DNA of 64,000 nucleotides, taken from the NCBI GenBank assembly GCA_011390645.1, contig JAABRY010000004.1, positions 1,608 through 65,607 on the forward strand, in the 5' to 3' direction. Source of the DNA: Gemmatimonadota bacterium. Its GTDB lineage: Bacteria; Gemmatimonadota; Gemmatimonadetes; Gemmatimonadales; GWC2-71-9. Shown here one piece after another: positions 58,154 through 64,000 of this stretch. Below the pieces are notes generated by a model. That model did no database searches. It saw only the letters and a list, made by a program, of their open reading frames with translations, and was not told where the DNA came from. The position numbers were made by a program, and so were the translations under genes. Position 1 is the first letter of the stretch; each line of letters opens with the position of its first letter.

Positions 58154-61027
58154 TCAGTTGCGGAAGTCGATGACCACCGTCTCCTGTGTCTCATCCTGGA
58201 ATCGGAGCACCAACTCGCGGCAGCTGCCGCTCCAGGTTGTTTCGGTCTTCCATCCGAAGGTGTAGACGCGGTTGCCACGCGCATAGCTCAGCGCGCTCTT
58301 GCCCGGGGAGCCAGCGGAGATGAAGCCACCGAGCACGTCACCGGTGGTGCACGACACGAGGCGCGATGCGGGGAAGCCCGGGAGGAAGATCTTCGTCCCC
58401 TGATCGCCCCCAAGTGAGAATCGCACCGGGATGTTGCTGCCGGCGCTGGCAGGCATCATGCCCTGGCCGCCACCGATCGGCGCCAGGAAACCGCCAAAGG
58501 TGTAGCGCACCGGCGGGGGCGTGAGGTTGAGGCCGATGATCACCGGATCATGGTCCGAGCTACGGAAGGGGTCCGGGGCAAATAGTGACGCCTGCAGGCC
58601 GGCGCTCTTGAACTCGACGTTGTAATCCAGCACGGCGGGCTCATCGGCGTTGATGTGCCACTCGGTCGCCCCCGTCACCTGCGCGGCGAGGCTCGCCGAG
58701 GCGAGGGCGTGGTCGAGATACCCCCACTGACCGTCGAAGGCGTAGCCATACGCGCCCTGACCACCGAAGGTCGCGAGCAGGTTGGTGTAGCCGGCATTGC
58801 GGATCGCCGTGATCGGATCTTCCTTGGCGTACGCGTTGAGGTCGCCGATGATCAGGGCGTCCTGCTCACCGGTGTCAGTCGGATCGAGTGCGAGCCATGC
58901 TGCGAGCTCCGCGGCGGCGGCAGTGCGGACGGCAGCGCAATTCCCCTGCCCATCGCCGAGGTCGGGGGCATCACACGCACTCCCCTTGCTCTTGAGGTGA
59001 TTCACGGCAACAACCAGACGGCCACCATCAGCCCGCAGGAAGGCCTGTGCGAGTGCCGGGCGATTGCGTGCGTCACCATCGCCACCCGTCACGAAGCTCA
59101 CGGTGTTGAGTGCCGCGGTGCGGCCCGTCGGGGTCACCTTCGCGGGCTGGTAAATGAGTGCGACCTTGATGGCGTCGGTGCCGAGAGCATTCAGCATGCC
59201 AGTGCCGGCATCGGCATCGATGAAGGCCCACTGCCCAGGAGATGTGGCATTGTTCAGGCCATTGATGAGGTCCTGCACGGCGCTGGTGGCTCCGTAGCCG
59301 TCATTCTCGATTTCCATCAAGCCGACAATGGCAGCGTTCATCGTCGCGAGCGCCGCGATGATCTTGGCGCGCTGGCGCTGGAATTCCGCGGCGTTGTTCG
59401 CCCCGCGACAATTGGTCACCGCGCTGGAGACGCCGGTGGCGCAGTTCCCGTTGCCGAAGGTGTTGAAGTAATTGAGGACATTGAACGACGCGACGGTCAT
59501 CGTGCCCCCCACCGGTGCGGGTGAGGCGGGCCGCGGGTTTGCGGCGACGAAGTTCGGCACCTCGCCACCCAGCGCACCGATCGGACGGAGGCGGTAAGCG
59601 TTGCCGCTCGCCGCATTGCCAGCCCATGTGTATGTCAACACGCCAACGATCCCGCTCGCCTGGTCGCCGCCGCGGAGGGTGTTGCTCGCGCTCAGCGGAT
59701 TGCCGCTGCGGCCGAAGAGAATCGGGTCGGCATTCTGGTTCTGGAGCGCGTCATCCACAATGATGCGATTCAGATCGTTCTGCGCCTGGAGCGCGAGCGC
59801 GGCAGCACCCGGCGCAAACACGTTGGTCGGCTGCGCCAAACGGCCATTGGACGACATCACGACCTGCCCGAAGCGGCCGAGCTGGAAGTGCTCAGTCACC
59901 GTGAGCGTCTGCGGAAAGCGGACCAGCATGCCCTCATAGCGCTCGAGGTATTCCGCCGAGGGCACCGGGAGGGTGACATCCACCGGGGTGACGGTGCCGG
60001 TGCCGCATACGGTGACCGTGGTGGCGCTGATCTGCGTCTGGTTCTGGAACTCCGCCGCGGAGCCCGACACGAGCACCACGTCACCGAGCGAGACGCTGTT
60101 GTTGTTGCCGTTGAAGACGAAGATGCCGTCGGAGGTCGCCGCGTTGCCGTCGCCGGTGGCATCCTGGAGGTAGAAGCCGCGCAGCGCCGGGGAAGCACCC
60201 TCGTAGTCGCCGACCACGACGCCCCGCGTGACCACCGGACCGGTGATGGCGGCGGCGGCGCCGTTGCCCTGGATCGTGAAGATGGGCGTGAAGGGGGTGG
60301 CGCAGGCAATCGGATCCGAGTCGTCATCGTCGTCACCACCGCCGCCGCCAAAGCCGCTGTTGCGCGGCGTCGGGGCACCGACCTCGAAGTCGGCGGCATT
60401 GTTGCCGGTATCCTGTGCGCCATTGCCCTTGCGGAGCGCCGCCGTCGTGTTGCTCAGCGTCGGGGTGGCCGTGCCTTCGAAGAAGTTTGCGCTGCCAAAG
60501 CCGACCAGGTCCTCAATGAGGGCGAGCTGGGCCGCGTCGCAGGGGGTGGACCCTCCGTTGCAGCCGAGGCCGGTGGCCTGCCGAACCAGCGCCACCTTGC
60601 CGCTGCTGGCGGACATGTTGATCGTGCCGGTGGCATCCGGCGTCGGCAGGGCCACGCCGGTCGCCCCCCCGCCAAGCTGAACCAGGTGATACTTGCCCGG
60701 GGCGATGCTTCCCGCCAGGGCGACCAGTTGGCCTGCGTTTGCGCCGAGCGCTCCCGTGCCGGTGGCCGAGGCGTACTGGATCGACCACCCGGCGATCGAG
60801 ACCGGGCCCGTCCCGGCGTTGAACAGCTCGACAAAGTCGTTGGTGTAGGGTGCGCCCGAGTTCCCCCCCCCACCATACACCTGCGAGATCACCACGCCGG
60901 ACGTGGAGGCGACGCCGAGCGACGCCGCCAGTTGCGGCTCCGCAGCGGACGGGTCAACGGGCAAGGGGCGATCGCTGCAACCGGAGGCGAGCAGGATGGT
61001 GGTGACCAGCGCGACGGACCGTCGCAT
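58154..61027 (-). CDS. ExeM/NucH-family extracellular endonuclease, lipoprotein
   Basis: ATG 61027 gives a lipobox (LLASGC). It has an N-terminal lamin-tail-like domain (VISQVYGGGGNSGAPYTNDFVELFN), a central region and an endonuclease/exonuclease/phosphatase domain (..SFNVLNYF.., ..SSDHDPV..). Confidence 0.8.
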   Translation of the reverse strand: MRRSVALVTTILLASGCSDRPLPVDPSAAEPQLAASLGVASTSGVVISQVYGGGGNSGAPYTNDFVELFNAGTGPVSIAGWSIQYASATGTGALGANAGQLVALAGSIAPGKYHLVQLGGGATGVALPTPDATGTINMSASSGKVALVRQATGLGCNGGSTPCDAAQLALIEDLVGFGSANFFEGTATPTLSNTTAALRKGNGAQDTGNNAADFEVGAPTPRNSGFGGGGGDDDDDSDPIACATPFTPIFTIQGNGAAAAITGPVVTRGVVVGDYEGASPALRGFYLQDATGDGNAATSDGIFVFNGNNNSVSLGDVVLVSGSAAEFQNQTQISATTVTVCGTGTVTPVDVTLPVPSAEYLERYEGMLVRFPQTLTVTEHFQLGRFGQVVMSSNGRLAQPTNVFAPGAAALALQAQNDLNRIIVDDALQNQNADPILFGRSGNPLSASNTLRGGDQASGIVGVLTYTWAGNAASGNAYRLRPIGALGGEVPNFVAANPRPASPAPVGGTMTVASFNVLNYFNTFGNGNCATGVSSAVTNCRGANNAAEFQRQRAKIIAALATMNAAIVGLMEIENDGYGATSAVQDLINGLNNATSPGQWAFIDADAGTGMLNALGTDAIKVALIYQPAKVTPTGRTAALNTVSFVTGGDGDARNRPALAQAFLRADGGRLVVAVNHLKSKGSACDAPDLGDGQGNCAAVRTAAAAELAAWLALDPTDTGEQDALIIGDLNAYAKEDPITAIRNAGYTNLLATFGGQGAYGYAFDGQWGYLDHALASASLAAQVTGATEWHINADEPAVLDYNVEFKSAGLQASLFAPDPFRSSDHDPVIIGLNLTPPPVRYTFGGFLAPIGGGQGMMPASAGSNIPVRFSLGGDQGTKIFLPGFPASRLVSCTTGDVLGGFISAGSPGKSALSYARGNRVYTFGWKTETTWSGSCRELVLRFQDETQETVVIDFRN

Positions 61028-61190
61028 GGCCAGCAAGACACGGGAGAGGGGCATCAGTTGTTCCGGGATCATGGGAGTCGTGCGATGGGCGATCTGCTCG
61101 CCGCGGGGACGGGGAGAAGCTACGGCTCGCGCGCCAATCGGCAAGCCGTGTTGCCGAACTGTTGCAGGTGTGGCGCGGGCGCCACGCGGG

Positions 61191-62618
61191 TCAGTTCAGC
61201 ACCAGCGCACGGATGCTCGCGATGACATCGCCCTCGAGGATCCCGTCGACCACTTCGATCCCCTCAATGACTTCTCCGAAGACCGTGTAGTCACGGCCGA
61301 GTCGGAGATTGTCGCGGAGGTTGATGAACCACTGGGCATCGCCCGTGTCATGGCCCCGCGTGCTCATGCCGATCGTCCCTCGGACGTGCGGCACCAACCC
61401 GAGTTCGTCACGCAGGAAGTGCGGGAGGCCGATGTACTCGTCACTGCCGGGGGAGCCGCCCTGAATCACGAAGTCGTGCTCGACGCGATGCCAGGAGAGC
61501 CCGTCGTAGTAGCCGGTCCGTGCGAGTTCGTAGATGTGTGCCGCCATGATCGGGGCGACATCGCCGCGAAGACGCACCGTGAAGCTTCCGCCACCACTCG
61601 ACGCTGCCATCGCGACGTGCAGGTGTCGGTCGGCTCCGAGTGCAAGGTCCACAGCCGTGGGCGAGATGGTGGTTTCCGTGGGGGGGGGACGGTCGTCGCT
61701 CGCCGGTCGACCCGCCACGGCGAGCAGTGCCTCCCGCACGTCGCGCTCCGTGGCGATGCCACGAGCCACCCAGTGGGTCCACGCGGCCGATGCTGCTCGA
61801 ACCGCCGCCGGTTCTGGGGCGTCCTTCAGTGCGCGCGCCGCGGCGAGCACCGTCGGCACATCGTTCTGGCGCAGGGCCGCGATGAAGCGACCGCGATCGA
61901 GCGGATTGGTGGACGCCGCCAGCGCGGTGATCGCCGCGGCGCGCACGTTCGGGTGGGTGTCCGCCACCGCGGCACGCAGCCGTAGCGAGTCGCCCAGCGC
62001 GGCTGCCGCGCGGACCGCATACTGTCGCACATGCCAGACCGGGTGTGCCTCGAAATGGCTCAACCGGCGCACCGCCTCGTCGGGGGCCACCCGGGCGAGT
62101 GCCACGATGGCGTGCGCTGCGCCGTGCCATGACACGCCGCCGGCCGGGCGCACCATCTCTCCGGTCGGAAGCGCATCGGCCCATGAGGTCAACGGGTCGA
62201 GGGACGCTCCGTCAGCGCAGGCGGGTGTCAGCGCTGCGGCGGCGCGAAAACGGACTGGCCACGCGCTGTCCGCCAGGCCGGCATGGACCAGTTCACAGGT
62301 CACGTTGCGGACGCCCAGCGCACGATAGCGCAGTCGCCAAGCGGGGTCGGCGTACGCTGGCGGTGCCGTGGGCGCCGGCAATGCGGTGCGCGCGACGAAG
62401 AGCGGATCCGCGATACGTCCCCGCGCGCGCTCCGCGAGCACGCGTATCCGCGCATCGGGGTGCGCTGCGCCAAGCCGCAGGCTGGCGTCAGTGGTATCGC
62501 GCCGATCCTCCGCGGTCAGGATGCGCCGCACCAGGTCGTTCTCGTCGTGCGTTTGCGCCATGAGGGATGCCGGACTGATCAACACCGCAGCTGCGATCCA
62601 CCCGAAACGCGTCATCAC
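61191..62618 (-). CDS. HEAT-repeat + cyclophilin-type PPIase fusion protein, secreted
   Basis: Signal peptide, HEAT-like repeats (HPDARIRVLA.., HPNVRAAAITALA..) and a C-terminal cyclophilin domain (WHRVEHDFVIQGGSP..GTIGMSTRGHDTGDAQWFI). Confidence 0.8.
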   Translation of the reverse strand: MMTRFGWIAAAVLISPASLMAQTHDENDLVRRILTAEDRRDTTDASLRLGAAHPDARIRVLAERARGRIADPLFVARTALPAPTAPPAYADPAWRLRYRALGVRNVTCELVHAGLADSAWPVRFRAAAALTPACADGASLDPLTSWADALPTGEMVRPAGGVSWHGAAHAIVALARVAPDEAVRRLSHFEAHPVWHVRQYAVRAAAALGDSLRLRAAVADTHPNVRAAAITALAASTNPLDRGRFIAALRQNDVPTVLAAARALKDAPEPAAVRAASAAWTHWVARGIATERDVREALLAVAGRPASDDRPPPTETTISPTAVDLALGADRHLHVAMAASSGGGSFTVRLRGDVAPIMAAHIYELARTGYYDGLSWHRVEHDFVIQGGSPGSDEYIGLPHFLRDELGLVPHVRGTIGMSTRGHDTGDAQWFINLRDNLRLGRDYTVFGEVIEGIEVVDGILEGDVIASIRALVLN

Positions 62619-62869
62619 GCGTCGTCCTCCTTCTCCATGTCCGCGAGGATCTCGAGCGCGTCTTCGGCATCGTCATCCGTGACCCGAATCTGCACCGGAC
62701 CGGTGATGAAGTTGGTCCCGCCGGTCAGCCGGCCGATGCCGAAGAGATCCTGCAGGCCATCACCCACGACGACGAACGGGATCTCACTCGCTTCCAGCAG
62801 CATCTTCGCGACGATGATCTTCGCGGAATCGCCCGAGGCGAACACCGTGACGAGCGGGGTCGCTCCCAT
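62615..62869 (-). CDS. DUF2007-like small protein
   Basis: 84 aa from ATG 62869. ..LVTVFASGDSAKIIVAKMLLEASEIPF.. is typical of DUF2007. It is overlap-coupled on both sides. Confidence 0.65.
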   Translation of the reverse strand: MGATPLVTVFASGDSAKIIVAKMLLEASEIPFVVVGDGLQDLFGIGRLTGGTNFITGPVQIRVTDDDAEDALEILADMEKEDDA

Positions 62870-63003
62870 CAGTGACTGAGCCGGATCACGCCGAGCATCT
62901 TCAGGTTGATGCGAATGAAGCGCCACACCTGCCAGGGCAGGAAGGTGCGCAGGAAGATGGTGCGACGGGTTGGCACCGTGACGTACGGATGTTTGGTGGC
63001 CAT
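62869..63003 (-). CDS. unannotated 44-aa ORF (putative small membrane-associated peptide)
   Basis: MATKHPYVTVPTRRTIFLRTFLPWQVWRFIRINLKMLGVIRLSH. The ATG is 4 nt after the SQR-like stop, with GGAG upstream. Its TGA shares a base with the next ATG (TGATG). Codons are mostly G/C-ending. It is too short for the ORF track. Confidence 0.4.
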   Translation of the reverse strand: MATKHPYVTVPTRRTIFLRTFLPWQVWRFIRINLKMLGVIRLSH

Positions 63004-63007
63004 GGAG

Positions 63008-64000
63008 CTACTCCGGGATCAGGGTCCAGCCCGGCCGGAGCCGTGCCTTGTGGAGGAAGAGGTGGTGCAACAGGATCTTGATCCAGTGCCCCGCCAGGCC
63101 GATCTCACCGAAGGTGCGTTCGATGTCACGACCGTACTCCGGGTAGCGTTCGAAGTCGGGCACGATCGGATAGACGACCATCGAGGCGGCGGTGCCCGTG
63201 AAGGGGTTGGCCCCCGCGGAGGCGACGCAGGCCGCGCCCATCTTGGCCATCGAGGCAGTGTGCATCGGCCCGGTGCGCCCCTGGATCTGGTCCACGACCG
63301 TGCGGGCGACCGTCTTGCCGATGATGGCCGACGGCATCCCGGTGCGGGGAGGAGCAGGGGCGATCGCCGCGCCTGAGGGTGCCGTGTAGGGGCGCGAAAT
63401 GGCGTGCGGCGGGGCGAAGGCGATGCCGACCGCGAAGATGTTGGCATACGCCGGCGACTGATACGTGCTCGGCCAGTCGCTCGCACGCCATTCCTCGTAC
63501 GGCTTCGCGGTGTAGTCAGCGTCGACCTTCATGAAGCCATTGGGCTGGAAGAGGCGCGCGGTGATGTCACCACCATCACGATCCACACCGGTGAGCCCGA
63601 CGCCGGTGAACGGTGGCAGGAGCATGGCAAAGTCGAAGTCCTGCTCGCGGACCGCACCGTCAAGGGTCTCGTAGTGCACACGACCGCGCTCCACTTCCCG
63701 AGGGTGGGCACGGCTGATCCAGTCAATGCCTCGTTCCGCGAACAAGGACTCGTTGAAGAGGCTGCTCGGCGTGATGTAGCCGCCGGTGTTGAAGTGCATC
63801 CCCCCCATGCCGAAGTCGCCGAGCTCGTACTCGTTTGTCAGCCAGACGACCTTGGCCTTGTCGCGCACACCGCGTTGCCGCAGTTCGAATTCGAGATTGA
63901 CGATGTACTCGAAGGCGGCGCCCTCGCAGGTGCAGGTGCCGTGTCCCACCCCGACAACGAACGTCTGCTGCTCGCCGCGCTTCATCCGTTCCACGGACTC
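63008..64000 (-). CDS. sulfide:quinone oxidoreductase-like FAD-dependent oxidoreductase (N-terminus outside window)
   Basis: The open frame runs to the window end. ..GHGTCTCEGAAFEY.. and ..PRTGMPSAIIGK.. segments and a C-terminal amphipathic tail resemble SQR-type flavoproteins. Confidence 0.75.
   Translation of the reverse strand, partial: ESVERMKRGEQQTFVVGVGHGTCTCEGAAFEYIVNLEFELRQRGVRDKAKVVWLTNEYELGDFGMGGMHFNTGGYITPSSLFNESLFAERGIDWISRAHPREVERGRVHYETLDGAVREQDFDFAMLLPPFTGVGLTGVDRDGGDITARLFQPNGFMKVDADYTAKPYEEWRASDWPSTYQSPAYANIFAVGIAFAPPHAISRPYTAPSGAAIAPAPPRTGMPSAIIGKTVARTVVDQIQGRTGPMHTASMAKMGAACVASAGANPFTGTAASMVVYPIVPDFERYPEYGRDIERTFGEIGLAGHWIKILLHHLFLHKARLRPGWTLIPE

Noticed and set aside
1-64000. 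Search for a prophage, integrative element, transposon or defence island.
   Set aside because: No integrase, transposase, recombinase, phage structural, restriction, toxin-antitoxin or cas-like ORFs were recognised. Composition is uniform apart from the two short AT-rich promoter islands at about 29550-29640 and 38461-38565.

Overview
This is a 64-kb, gene-dense, high-GC (about two-thirds G+C by eye) chromosomal segment of a diderm bacterium. The gene content resembles Gemmatimonadota-like soil bacteria, but I cannot verify taxonomy. I can support about 59 protein-coding genes, two of them truncated by the window edges. I found no rRNA, tRNA, CRISPR, integrase, transposase or phage genes. Most genes are envelope or housekeeping functions: tandem DUF481 OMPs, a 5'-nucleotidase, PlsC, M42/M48/S9/M20 peptidases, an ECF-type S-T-AA transporter, a translationally coupled PolX-EndoIII pair, cyclophilins, and a PLD/cardiolipin-synthase-like enzyme. 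There is also a 7-gene ECF-sigma/anti-sigma/CpxP-like/TolC/MacAB-like operon, a DUF5916 OMP, and an 8.4-kb cyclic beta-1,2-glucan synthase (NdvB/Cgs-type). Further genes are a LuxR-type response regulator followed by small stress and envelope proteins, a PAS-GGDEF-degenerate-EAL protein, an orphan GspE/PilB-type ATPase, a Na+/H+ antiporter, an ExeM/NucH-type nuclease and a partial SQR-like flavoprotein. Four things are most worth a second look. (1) A family of tandem HEPTANUCLEOTIDE arrays occurs at 11 or more sites, always just after stop codons and never in any of the 8 divergent promoter gaps. The arrays often sit as inverted pairs forming 17-31 bp hairpins, fill 5 of the 6 non-overlapping convergent gaps, sometimes run into the 3' ends of ORFs, and two of them form canonical G-quadruplex motifs. 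(2) A duplicated regulatory cassette brackets the giant glucan-synthase gene. Each copy has a small XRE/Cro-type HTH gene, an AT-rich divergent promoter with dyad symmetry and a conserved initial transcribed block. The second copy drives an osmotic/envelope-stress-like gene cluster, and its HTH gene overlaps the 3' end of the synthase gene convergently by 55 nt. (3) A two-gene cassette (P-loop ATPase plus an unknown protein) is flanked by identical direct (CTAACGA)6 arrays. (4) The orphan secretion-type ATPase carries two MshEN-like 24-residue motifs with a 5-residue spacer, suggesting c-di-GMP binding. All family assignments come from my own motif recognition; no searches were run.
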